A stretch of 64,000 nucleotides of DNA, taken from Styela clava (Eukaryota). The position numbers were made by a program, and so were the translations under genes. The notes below the pieces were generated by a model. It saw nothing but the letters and a program-made list of their open reading frames with translations, made no database searches and was not told the origin of the DNA. Every line of letters starts with the position of its first letter. Positions within the stretch are counted from its first letter, which is position 1. This document shows positions 12,436 to 24,392 of the stretch, piece after piece. The stretch covers positions 14,632,001 through 14,696,000 of the forward strand of contig NC_135251.1 of the NCBI RefSeq assembly GCF_964204865.1. Direction: 5' to 3'.

Positions 12436-14728
12436 CTAACTGTCCTTATTCTCTTCTGTGGTCTTATTTTTCAAACAGGCAGCATTATAAACATGTTTAT
12501 TGAAGCCTTCTCGGTTTCTTGCAATTTCAATCGCCAAAAACTGAATTCTCGTAACTGAAAAGAATGTAGAAATGATAGTATAACAAATATGCCACAATCT
12601 TTTGGCCAACTTTTCAAAAACAGCAAGAAAATTTGATTACAATTGCATGACAACATTTACTACATAAAATTCAATGTTATACATACCAAATATAGAGTTA
12701 ACTGAATCATATATTCCGTTACAATCAAGACGAAGCATTGTTCCAAAGTTGAAGTCTTGAATCACTCCTTTAAATTCGGTGCAAAAATTCCGCCATTTCT
12801 GAAACATGATTCAAACAAATGCTTATAGACCTAGCAGTAAAAAGTTAAATCCTTTTGAGCTCACCCCAAAAATACCTTTTATGAAAATATTCGATCTTTT
12901 TAGGTGAATCCAGTCTGTTATGTTTGAGTTTATACAATTAAAAAGTAATTAAAGGATTTTCCAAACTTCCATACAGAAAATAAGTTTCATTCAATATTGA
13001 TAATATTTAACATTGCAAGAGGCGTGATACTTCTTTAGCCGCAGGCGACTTCATTTCTTCTTCAGCAATTTTGTCTATTATAAAATCAGGAAAATGATCA
13101 CGAAACTTCTTGTATATATCATCATCCTGTCTGCAAAGACGAAGATGTGATGGATCAACTGAAGTTATGAGCTGAAAAGATTTTGAATATTAACATTAAC
13201 TCACAGTAAACACTATTCCAGGCGGCATAGTGATAAAAGCGTTGGACTTTGATGCAGGTGGAAGTCTCTGGTTTAAATCCCATGCCCCCACCCCAAATAT
13301 CTGCATAGTGAATAGTGTACAAAGTCCAAGAATAATTAAATTAGTATTCTCGACCAAATTTTACTCATTACTTAAAAAGTAATAATACTTACATTGAAAA
13401 ATACTTCTGCATGTTCATGTGCTTTGATTGCCCAAGCAAGCTCGATACTAGACTACAAATATAAAAATACATCCTGATTTACAAGTTAGCTGTGTAACTT
13501 AGCTGTGTAATAGCTTATTATTATGTGAATATCACAAAAAAGACATAGTCTCTCAGTGAAAAGATCTAAAAACCAATGATGTTATGGACTTGTTGGAGCA
13601 GTGTTTCTCAACCTTTTACCTATTGCGTACTACCACTGACAAAAAGCCTTCTTTTGGATGGGGAACAATGGCACAAGAAACGCGCTGAGGCAGTATTTTA
13701 TGTGGCACTACATCCATTTTATACTTTTGTGCAGCAAATACATATATTAGGGAAGATAGAGAAAAAGCGTTGCCGGCATATTTTAGCCAACTCGAAAGTT
13801 GATTATGGCAAATTGGCAATAATTCAAAGTTGCCTGTGTACTACTTAAAAAGCTCCGCATCCCAGAGGTTGAAAACTACTGTGTTAGAGCAATCAAAATG
13901 CAAGTCAGTTAGTAAAACACTGTTAAAGAGAATTACCCTAAACTGTAGGTACTGTGCAACGTATAGCATATATGTAACAACAAAAATATATATATGAATA
14001 CACACATTGAACTCAAATGGTAGAAAATTGAACTTTCAAGATGTATAGAAGTATTGCTACTAAAAGAGGTATAAATTAATTCCAGCTTACATCGTTAATA
14101 TACTTGTCAGCAGGTTGAGATAAAGCATTCACTGCACTCAAAGCCTCAAAGGGATTCTGAAAAAGAAAATAAATGACATGAGCAACTAGGAATACATGTA
14201 GAATTGTCATTATCTATATCTGAAATTTAATCAGGCTGGAAATTATGATGTATTCAACCCCTAATTTGATTTCCATAAGGAATATATGTATTTGGTTAAA
14301 CATTTTCATAAATTATAAAAACTTTTGTAATAATATTACTTGAATATATGAAAAATTGGTCATAATTCAGTTCACACTTGTGCAGCAAGAATAAAAAAAA
14401 ATACACTTTGTCACATCACTGATACTGGGTACAACTGCCTGATAACCAGCAAAATTGCAATGGTTTTGGCGATTAGACCGGACTATGATGGCATCGCAAA
14501 TTATGATTTTGAGTTCGAAGCCGATACCTCACCAAGGCCCCCGCCTCACCCAGCGTGTAATAAGTTGGTAAGACTATGCAGAATTGAAAAAGTAACATCA
14601 TCAAAGTTATGAAATATATACGGTAATATTATATATCAGATAAGCTTATCAAGGTATTTGTAGAAACATTTTTTGCTACAAAATAGGAAATTTTGTAAAG
14701 AAACACTTACCGAACCGACATCTGCCAT
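12436..14728 (-). CDS. PBDC1: Polysaccharide biosynthesis domain-containing protein 1
   Basis: Exons 14728-14711, 14156-14091, 13452-13393, 13171-13031, 12798-12687, 12554-12436 (TAG). The motifs ALSQPADKYIND-SSIELAWAIKAHEHAEV, KWRNFC...DFNFGTMLRLDC and RIQFLAIEIARNREG match PBDC1. Confidence 0.95.
13599..13881. mobile_element. hAT-type MITE in PBDC1 intron
   Basis: TIRs CAGTGTTTCTCAACC / GGTTGAAAACTACTG; TSD TGTTGGAG / TGTTAGAG (7 of 8 match). Confidence 0.8.
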
Positions 14729-15498
14729 TTTAGAGATCTCTGTTATTTATAGTTCAATATATATTTATGTATACACACAGTATACAAGTCTAACACAAGG
14801 CTAGAAATATAGTACTAGAACTGAAAAAAAAAACGAGAAATAATGTCTCGATTATGAATGGCACAATATATTGAAATTAACGATTTCTCCAAATATCCGG
14901 TTCTTGTATGCGATGAAAGAAATTCATTTATTTAACATTCATTTATTTCCCACTTGCTGAATAGCAGCTGTCAGCTAATAAATTTTCGCAAACATTTATA
15001 GGTAGGTAAGTAACGCCTAATTGTGAATATCATTGAACAAAAAGAAAAAAAAAAACGTGACCAATTTTTAGAAAATCGAAATTTGGTTTTAAAACTTGTA
15101 GAATGTGGAACAGCTTCTGTAAATTGTATATTATGAAAAGTTATGTGGAATGGAAGTCATTAACGTAGGTCTGAAATATTGTGAAAATCACCTTTTCAAA
15201 TTTTCTAACTTATAATATTTGTAATTTCACATCGTTTTTAAAGTATATTGCAACAATAATAGAAAATGTTATTTGACTTTTTAGGTACTACAGTTACATA
15301 TTCAAAAAAATGAATAGTTTATCCATTGAAAGTGTGAGCAGCACAACCAACATGACAGACAAAATAGCAATTTGAAACAATTCTACTGTAGATAGAACCA
15401 ATTTGGCACTTTTTTGCATTAATTTTTATACAGTCTCAGATGCTCTTTTTTGGTTACACAACACTGTATTGTCCTCCATAAAATGCATATTATTCTGA

Positions 15499-17229
15499 TC
15501 ATGACTCCATAACTTCAACTGGATCTTCCTTGCAATTTTTATTGTCTAGATATTGTTGGTATTGTGTTTTTGATCTTTTGAAAGACCTTATTTTATCTCT
15601 GATTTGTTTTGGTGTCAGTTGATATTGATTTTTTGAATCCCTTGCCATAGCTTTGTAATTTTCCCTATATTTATCCATCATATGGGTACAGAAAATGACA
15701 TCTTCTGATGACACAAGAAATCGTTTTTCTTTTTCACCAAGAGCAGCTTCAACCTCCATACCTGGAATGAAGCATTACAGTATTAACTTCATGTTTTTGT
15801 TTTCACTGGGAAGTCATGACTATACATGATACAGAATGAGCACGAATATTGAGACAAACAGACCTTTGAGGCCTTGAAAATCGTTGATGAGTATGTGGAA
15901 TTCAGTAAGATGATTTATTTTCTTAAATAAAAATACACAGACGCAAAAAGTATGTGAGTTTAACTCATGAAAAGTTTTGCAAAAATGCTGAAAAACAAAA
16001 TTGAACTGAAACTAAAAAGGTTAAAGCATATGATTTTGCGGAATTAAGACTTGCAGAATTGTGATTAAAACCTACTTTCCCGAACTTTAGGAAGTTTCAA
16101 ATCTTCTGTTGGTATCAGATTAATTGGAACTTCTGAGATGATTGCCGGAGAAGGGCGAGGAATCTTCACTGCTTTGTTTGTATCAAATGCAAGACCCATA
16201 TCGCGCAAATTCTGTTGAACTGTTTTCTTTTTGTCCCAAACATCATTCATTTGTTTGCTGTAAAGAGTCAGAAATGATTTATTATAACTGGGTAAATCAA
16301 ATATTTTTTAATGAATCAGATCTTTACTTCAATTCCAATTCAATAATATGAATTCCCATTCAGCCATTCAATAAAATTAATTAGGATTTGGATAGGATTT
16401 ACATATTTATCCCGGGGGAGAGGAAAGCCGATAAGACGGCTTATCCATATGGCGAACCACGGCCTCTCGTCCGGTTACCATTCCAAGTCGGGTATGGGAT
16501 TAGTTTTTACTGTATTGTTTGTTTTCGGAAGCATGGACTTGGTAGTGGAGGAAGCCGTAACCGACCAGCGGTTACGTGAAGGATAGTATAGGATTTACAT
16601 ATTTATCCCGGGGGAGAGGAAAGCCGATAAGACGGCTTATCCATATGGCGAACCACGGCCTCTCGTCCGGTTACCATTCCAAGTCGGGTATGGGATTAGT
16701 TTTTTACTGTATTTTTTTTTTTTCGGAAGCATGGACTTGGTGGTGGAGGAAGCCGTAACCGACCAGCGGTTACGTGAACCACCCAACGACGGCGAGGAGT
16801 CCAGCAATCCTCTCGCACATAACCATCCCTGCATGGGATTCGAACCTGCGAACCCACGCAGAGTAATTAGAGGTGCGGTGGCGAGCGTATTCCTAACGCT
16901 TAGCCCGTTGAGCCACACCGCCGCGCCACCCAGCTAACTTAGCCTAATTAAATTGGGAAGAAATTAGATTGTGCAAGTTCGCCCAATTCGGGATGTACAA
17001 GTAGTCATAGAAAAATAAAATAAATTCCAAATGGCTCAAGTTCCGATAAAAAAAACGAGAGTTCCAATATTTCAGTATTTAGAGAACTGACATACCGGTA
17101 CCGGTACCGTAGCGCCCTAATATAGACATACCAATGAATAACCGGCTTTCTTTTCAGCTTCTTCCATGCTTTTTTCTTATCAATATCATAATTTCTTTTT
17201 TTTCCACTTCTTCTCCGCTTGTTTGACAT
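15499..17229 (-). CDS. NOP16: Nucleolar protein 16
   Basis: Exons 17229-17132, 16257-16076, 15761-15499. Motifs KKAWKKLKRKPVIHC, WDKKKTVQQNLRDMGL and FCTHMMDKYRENYKAMARDSKNQYQLTPKQIR. Confidence 0.95.
16390..16927 (-). mobile_element. tRNA-derived SINE with a tandem 5'-truncated second copy, in NOP16 intron 1
   Basis: Pol III A box TGGCTCAACGG and B box GGTTCGAATCC; ATCCT-type tail; nearly identical to 50019-50354. The 3' ~190 bp is repeated (16390-16580). Confidence 0.9.
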
Positions 17230-18196
17230 ACTGTATTGTATCTACGAAGGCTAGTTGCTACTTCCAGACTTCAGAACTTTCAGAGTTTGCTATAAAGATG
17301 TCAGACACCACGGTACGGAACGCGTGCGCACTGCGCAGATGTGAGGCATGAAGTAGGGGAATGATGACGCCGCCACGGAACTACCGTCAATGGGAGCACT
17401 TATAAGTTTCTTCAAGTATGAGTTTATTTAGAGGTTTATTTATCAATTGAAAAAGGAAATATTTACACGCATAAAGTACAGACTTAAAGTTATATGCAAA
17501 TGCAGGAAAAGTAAAGTTGTAACTAGAAATTGTGCCCATTTGCCCTCACTCATACGCTATACGAGTGACAAAAAAACTCACAACAATCTTACTGAAGAGA
17601 AAGAATATTGTCATCAAGCATACACGAGCACTAGAAAATAAAATTCACGGGCGGAGCTTATTTGTTAACAAAAATTGTGAGCGCAAGTGGTGAAGATTAG
17701 TATAAACCATAAGAACGAAAAATATGTGACGGTGTATGTGCCGAAATACCAGCCAATTATAACAACAAACATAAAAACTCGAAAACTAGTTTCGGGCGTT
17801 GCTTCTTGTGTAGTAAAAACATTGCAGTTTCCACAAACTTTTATGGTATATATATATAATACCACTTTTCGGCCCATATGTACAATGACGAAGAGTATTC
17901 CAGTGATCATCGTGAGCAGGATCAGTTAGTCGATACCTGAAGGCTGACTCGATGGTGTACGAGCGTGATTTTCTTATTGGGAATTTCCAATATACTGGTA
18001 CCCTAGTGCCTAGTCCATGTCGTTTCATTTACTCCTACTTATAAGCTATTAGTCAGATTTTACGTATTTTTTTTAACAAAATTTATGTATAAAATAACTC
18101 AAAGGTCATTTATTATGCAAGGTTATTTTTCTAGTTTTAATAATCAAAATGTAGTCCTGGAAAAAACACGGTAGGACTAAAATCAGCCCTGAGTAC

Positions 18197-18350
18197 ATGG
18201 TGGTAAGCGCTGGGAATACGCTTGTCATCGCACCTCTGGTTACCCCGCATTGGGTTTTCAGGTTCTAATCCCATGGGGAATGTAGTTCGCCATATGGTTA
18301 GGCCGCCATATCGACTTTCCTCTCCCCCGGGAGAAATATGTGAATCCTAT
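18197..18350 (+). mobile_element. Degraded, internally deleted copy of the same SINE family
   Basis: TAAGCGCTGGGAATACGC...CAGGTTCTAATCCCATG...TTCGCCATATGG...CTTTCCTCTCCCCCGGGAGAAATATGTGAATCCTATC. Confidence 0.75.
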
Positions 18351-18753
18351 CTTAAATGGCAGTTGATTGAATATTTTGTATAAAAGTTATGGAACTCGTG
18401 AACAACTTGTAAAGCGCAAACTCTTGAAAACACCCTCAAAATTGTGGCGTATCTGACCAATGACATGTCATTGACCTGACAAAGATAGTTGAATACAAAT
18501 GGCAGTTGTGAAATCGCGTCATCGAACGTTGATGCAAACGACAACTGATGGAAATGTGCTTACGTGACGAAACGTTTTGGGTGCAACTGCGTAAATTGTC
18601 AAGTTGGCTTCTGGTCGAATTATCACATAGGCAAATTTCCTCGGTAAATGTTATCACATTCCCATAGATCCAATGCACAAATGTTTGAACTCGAAATATG
18701 TTTGTACTTATGGAATGAACAGTCATGCTTCATAAAGGGTGTCTCCAGAATGT

Positions 18754-18900
18754 CGTGTCCCACTTGTACCACGTGCCCCACTTGTTCCACGCCTCCCACT
18801 CGTCCTACTTGTACCACGTGTCCCACTTGTCCAACGTGTCCCACTTGTACCACGTGTCCCACTTGTCCCACATGTCCAACGTGTCCCACGTGTCCCACTT
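18754..18900 (+). repeat. 9-bp tandem subterminal repeat (GT[AC]CCAC[GT]T), left arm
   Basis: Visible 9-bp periodicity; gives low-complexity ORFs (CPTCTT, VPLVPR, HVGQV) in several frames. Confidence 0.95.
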
Positions 18901-21319
18901 ACGGGTAAGGATTATCATATGTTTCAATTTCTAATTTTGAATAAAGCGCTCCAACACCGTTTTTGTAAATTTAGAATTGTCGAACCAGATAAGTACGACT
19001 GGTAAGTTTTGTATTCTATGGAAATTTTCCGAGATATTGGGGAGATATATTATTTTGACCACGTAGAAATGCCATTATTGCTGATTTATTTAAGTATTTA
19101 GTATCACTGTTTTATTCCAAAGCTGAGTCACGTGAATTCTCAACACTGAGTATTAGAGAGATTACGAATTTGTGGAGTTTTTAATGAATATTGTTTAATA
19201 TGAAAGTAACACGGACATGATATAAAATTAAAAGCATTAAAAAGTCAACTATCAGCTTCACAAATATCGCATTCCGGGGTCAGTAATACTGTTCGCTTAA
19301 AATTGGAACCTAAATTTACAAACTGTGATACAAATCCTACAAAAAAGATAGAAAGCAGCATAAAATTAATTTGTGTTGCGAAAGCACTCCTTAATAGTTG
19401 TCTTTGACATCGTCGCCGATGTGAAATCAAATTTTTGTCCAAAAAATAAAAACCAAACTGCGATATCCGTCGTTGCATGAGAATTAATATTTGAATAAAA
19501 AGTGCTTTAATATAGTTTATCATCATTAATTGGGAATGTCAAATATTTACTGCGGCCTTGGATTTTGACAAAATTAGCAAATAAAAATCGCTGCATTGTT
19601 GCGAAGTTTTCAGACTTCAAGTGAATTCCGAAAAATAAAATTGTGACGGCGATCGTTTCGGCGGCCGACATCCCAAATACGGTTGTCTGAAATGACAATA
19701 CTCATTATTCGGTGTTGTGTTCGTTGAAAATATTCGAATAATTCGACTAAAAAAACCATTTGCCCACGACTAATCACGACACAACTTGTTTAACATTAAA
19801 ATCCAAGTACTAGTTCCACATTTAATGCATTTGATCGGCGCTACATGCGAGCGTGTTTTTGTACTTATAAACGATTTTGGCGCTACTGACATCCGCGAGT
19901 TTCACTTCTCTCAAAATTGACTTTCACGATTTCTAATGTTCTATTTTAAAATGAGGGTACTGCTGACTACGGATTAATGGTCGATATTTGAAATAGGACT
20001 TGCAAAATGTTCACCATAAACCGCCAGGCACATAAGAGGCGGGCTACACGTAACTGTCAAATTTCGCCGTGAACGACGCATTCTATTCAGTTTATCGTGA
20101 ATTGCACTTTGGGTGCTCTGTTTTGATTTCACCGCAAACCTTTGCTGTGCCCATGTCGGTACCTATCCGATTTCAACCCGACTATATTCCGGCACTGATA
20201 AACCAAGTCCTAATTTGTCACCCATGTCATTAATAACCAAATCTTTTGTGCTTGCTATTACCAGAAAGCCTATGTTGAATGAAAGTGCGACCTGCGGTTT
20301 TACCCAGTTATCTTTATCTGGTCCTCCTGTATTAAATGTTGCACACGCTTGGTTTTAACTACTTAAATTGCTTTGCAACCTAGTTCTTCGCTTGATATTT
20401 ATCACATTTTTTCGATTTTCGTCATTTTTTTCTGTAAATTTAGAGCAATAAGAGAACAATTCAGGTAGTTTGTAGACTAATATGATATGTGGAAGTTAAT
20501 AATGTCCCGAGCACATGTTGACATTATCTATCGAACCAAAAAAATATTGTCCCATCTAACATGAATACTACCATATTATTTTATGATATTTTTATCATTC
20601 CATTGCATTTTTCTCTCCGATTTTATATGTAACTACAATACCTTATATTTTTTCTGCCAAGATGTTTGTTATTTTATTGCAAGCATCAATTGCTTTTACT
20701 ATTTTATACCAATTTCTTTTTATTTCTATGTTGAGTTCCCTTATTTTTTTCATCTTCAAGTCACTTAATGATACTAGCCGGATTGAAAAAATACTACAAT
20801 CACTATTTCTTAAATCATTGTGATCATATATTTTTGGCGCATTCACTACAAAGAACATAAAGTCATGTTTTTGATGGAATTGGTCTGCTTTACAAATGCG
20901 TCTTTCTAACAAAAATAAACGAATTGCTTCAATTGAACATTGACTGTTTGAGCATACACTATAGCTAAAGATAGTATTATTTATTACGTAATTTGTCTAC
21001 AAATATCTCATTTATTGGGGGCACGTTTTCCAAACTGAAAAAATGGCTAGTAACTGTGTCCTTTTGAGAAGCAATCGGATTTGTATTTGCTGTAGCATTA
21101 CTGATTTCCCAAAGTTCGCTCTGCCTACTACTATAATACAATGCACACATTCAATTAGAAAATACTGGAACTGTACAAAATCGGTTTTTCAACTAGGGCA
21201 ATAGACAAAGATCTAAGGATAAAATTAATACAGTAATTTTTATGCATAGTGGGGAAAAAATAAAAAGGTTGAAAGATTTGATAAGGGAGAAGTTTAACGG
21301 ATAAGGTTTGGAATCACAT

Positions 21320-21870
21320 GACTTTTACACCTACATCTTATTCATCAAATGTTTTGTCCACATGTACAATATGTATTTTGTCTACATGTATCCCATTTAT
21401 CATACATACCATTTAACAGATGTTTTGTCCACCAACAGCTCATTCGTGAAATGTTTTCTTTTCATACATGTTGTTCAGGGGTTTTGTCCACATATATTTC
21501 ATTCACCAGATATTTTGTCCATATACATTCAGATACATTCCCTGATCAAACAACAGCTCATTCGCGAAATGTTTTCTCTCCATACATTTCGCCAAGGGGT
21601 TTTGTCCACATATTTCTCATTCGCCTGATATTTTACCCACATGAATGTCGTTTATCATACATCTGATTAACCATATATTTTGTCCATATATATCTCGTTT
21701 CCCTGATGAAACAACAGCTCATTCGCGAAGTGTTTTCTCTTCATACATTTTGTTCAGGAGTTTTGTCCACATGTATCTCATTCGCCGAATATTTCGTCCA
21801 CATGAATCCTATTTATCATACATTTCATTCATCAGGTATTTTGTCTATATATATTTCGTTTCCCTCATAA
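21320..21870. repeat. Degenerate minisatellite with higher-order periodicity, inside the MULE
   Basis: TTTTGTCCACAT recurs every ~20-60 bp; AACAGCTCATTCG[CT]GAA recurs at about 21434, 21553 and 21713. Confidence 0.75.
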
Positions 21871-22261
21871 AACAGTCGCCGTGATTATTCGCTCGTTAAA
21901 AAAACGACTTTTTCAGTGAGACTCTTCTGTGGCGTATAATATTCAATCCATGGTAATTAACTCAATTGTGTCTAACGTAACTCGCGGTGGTGACTTTTAA
22001 ATACATTGCTACACTAAAAAAAAAACAGATGTAATATGCGACATAAACACATGAGATAAACTGTCTAATTATATTTAGTTTTGATATGTATGGTATGTTT
22101 GCGATCTTGCTAATTCGTTATCGCGGTTGGGAATCCGTATTTTGGCCATTTTGCGAATTAGAGAAATCTCACGACGTAAAATCTATTTTAGTACAATGAA
22201 ACTCCATTGGATTAATAAATCTATCATTATATTTAATTTAACATCACAATCCGTTAAGTGT

Positions 22262-22680
22262 GACATGTGGGACAAGAGGTACAAATGGCACATGTGGTGC
22301 AAGTAGTACACGTAGTGCAAGTGGCACACGTGGGGCAAGTGGTACACGTGGGGCAAGTGGTACAAGTGGGACACATGGTACAAGTGGTACACGTGGAGCA
22401 AGTGATACACGTGGGACAAGTGGTACACGTGGGGCAAGTGGTACAGGTGAGACAAGTGGGACAAGTGAGACACGTGGTACAAGTGGGACACGTGGTACAT
22501 GTGGGACAAGTGGTAAACGTGGGACAGATGAGACAAGTGAGACACGTGGGACAAGTGGTACACGTAGGACAAGTGGGACACGTGCTACAAGTGAGACACG
22601 TGGTACAAGTGGGACACGTGGTACAGGTGGGACACGTGGTACAAATGGGACACGCGGGACAAGTGAGACACGTGGGACAC
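22262..22680 (-). repeat. 9-bp tandem subterminal repeat, right arm (about 46 units)
   Basis: GTGG[GT]ACA[AC] periodicity; reverse complement of the 18754-18900 array. Confidence 0.95.
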
Positions 22681-22753
22681 CACATTTTAGAGACACCGCT
22701 TCATAAATTGTCATCGAGGCGCCCAATTCTTCAACACATATATTCAAATCAAT

Positions 22754-23858
22754 CAGTGGCGGCGCGTCAATAGGGCCAACCGGGGCAATGCCCCGGTTGT
22801 TTTTTCGGTATAATAAAAAATATTCGAAAAATACCTCAATATCGGTTGCACAGACTGTCTACACTAGCCATATTCTCCCGACATGGTTCATTTTTCGCTC
22901 GCAAAGCCTTCGCCGAACGTCGACGGGGCGACGCCGATTTTGCCCCGGTTGCTCATTGTATATCGTATTCTCTCTTTTATCTTCCACTCGTCGCGTTTGT
23001 CTCGTTTGTTTTCTGTTTCTTTTACTAAATCATCGGGGCCGATCGGGGCTAGCCCCGAAATTATGACGACACAATGAATTGCGATGTATATACAGTTTTA
23101 TACACCAATCAAACTTTTTTGAACATCACATCAACTTGCGCGCTCTATGGGTTCCTCATAGATAACTCTCCAGTTAAGTAACTACCTTTGCGGCGTCTGC
23201 CAAATCTCTGGACATCATTTTGACGACACCTATTTCTTCCGCCGACGCAGAGCGAACATTCAGCACGCTGAAGCGTATTAAAACGTATCTCAGAAACACA
23301 ATGAAGCAAGATAGATTAAATTCCTTGGCTGTTTTATCCATTCACAGAGACGTTATTTCTGGGATGCATGACTTTAATCAGCGCGTTATTGAGCATTTTG
23401 CTTCCAAGAAACCGCGGCGTGTTGCATATATGTTCAAGCAGTAGAAGTCTAGCAGCATATATGTCTATGAGTGAGCGACGCATGTCCTTATCTTTGCATT
23501 AACTTTTCTTTCTTCATAGTAACGTTTTAAACCTAATTTTAGGTTTTGTCCGCTTTCCCGAAGTTTCTGTTAATATGTCATTGTATTTATCTGGGTAAAT
23601 ATTGCCTTTCCTTTTGAAAGAGGTTTCAAAATAAACTATGTCTATATTTAATAATCCCTTGACTTGGACCGGTTTTAAAGACACTTTCTTATCGTTAAAA
23701 ATTGTCGCTTTTGCCGATTGGTTGTTACCGATGGAATGGTTTTTATACTCATAAAATGATGGGAGAGCTTACAGCGTTCATCCTGTCCCCGTAGATGGGG
23801 GTGACTTGGTCTCGCAGTAGCTTGCCCCGGTTGTCAAAATGACCACGCGCCGCCACTG
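22754..23858 (+). mobile_element. Internally deleted hAT transposon retaining the transposase C-terminal dimerisation domain
   Basis: TIR CAGTGGCGGCGCGT; perfect 8-bp TSD AAATCAAT. ORF 23220-23444, TTPISSADAERTFSTLKRIKTYLRNTMKQDRLNSLAVLSIH, is the hATC dimerisation motif. Confidence 0.95.
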
Positions 23859-23993
23859 AAATCAATGTTATATACGCTGTAATATTATGCGTTTACAAAT
23901 CATTCTAACTTATGTCTAACTTCATGGAAACGCACTATGGCGGTCATGTCAGACTACCACCAATGGGGGTGAATGTTTGAAAGGTAAAGCATA

Positions 23994-24392
23994 CAGGGAG
24001 TCCTCGACTTACGGCGTTGTTCCGTTCTTGAGACGTGGTGTAACCCGAATTTCAGCGTAAGTCGGAACATTATACATGTGTACCAGGTTACGGTTAAGCC
24101 ATGATTTTATTCCGATTTTCCTTATTTTAGTTCTATGACGAGTTGACTAAAACTGTGTACCGTGTGACTGAGGCTTAGTGATTATTTGTTCATAATCGTA
24201 ATAGTTCTCAATTGTCCACGTCATTTACGATGTAAATGACGAAAACCAATGAGCCCAAAGAACTGATTTTCCTGATCACAATGATCCAGTTTAAGAGCTT
24301 CGATATTACAGTATTATCTTTTATATTTTTATGAAATGCGTTCTTAACCTCGAAACAGCGTGGGTCAGGACCGTCGTAACCCGAGGACTTTG
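23994..24392. mobile_element. Tc1/pogo (Tigger-like) MITE containing a fragment of another MITE
   Basis: TA|CAGGGAGTCCTCGACTTACG ... CGTAACCCGAGGACTTTG|TA, imperfect TIRs with TA flanks. Confidence 0.6.

Larger units (their letters stand above)
18737..22698. mobile_element. Mutator-like (MULE/foldback-type) non-autonomous DNA transposon, 3.96 kb
   Basis: Perfect 9-bp TSD CTTCATAAA (18728-18736, 22699-22707). Inverted ends GGGTGTCTCCAGAATGTCGTGTCCCAC / GTGGGACACCACATTTTAGAGACACCG, followed by inverted arrays of 9-bp repeats. Confidence 0.85.

Noticed and set aside
15762-16075. Intronic snoRNA in NOP16
   Set aside because: No convincing sense-strand C/D or H/ACA box arrangement found by eye; a snoscan or Infernal search would be needed.
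16388-16937. ORFs overlapping NOP16 intron 1, and their twins at 49988-50407
   Set aside because: Incidental frames within SINE copies.
21320-21870. CRISPR-like repeat-spacer pattern
   Set aside because: Eukaryotic context; the repeats are degenerate and the intervening sequence is itself repetitive; no cas genes.
22183-22773. Metallothionein-like (CPTCTT), His-rich and GTR-rich ORFs, also at 18623-19005
   Set aside because: Open in nearly all frames because of a stop-free 9-bp repeat; they are the inverted subterminal arrays of a TSD-flanked transposon.
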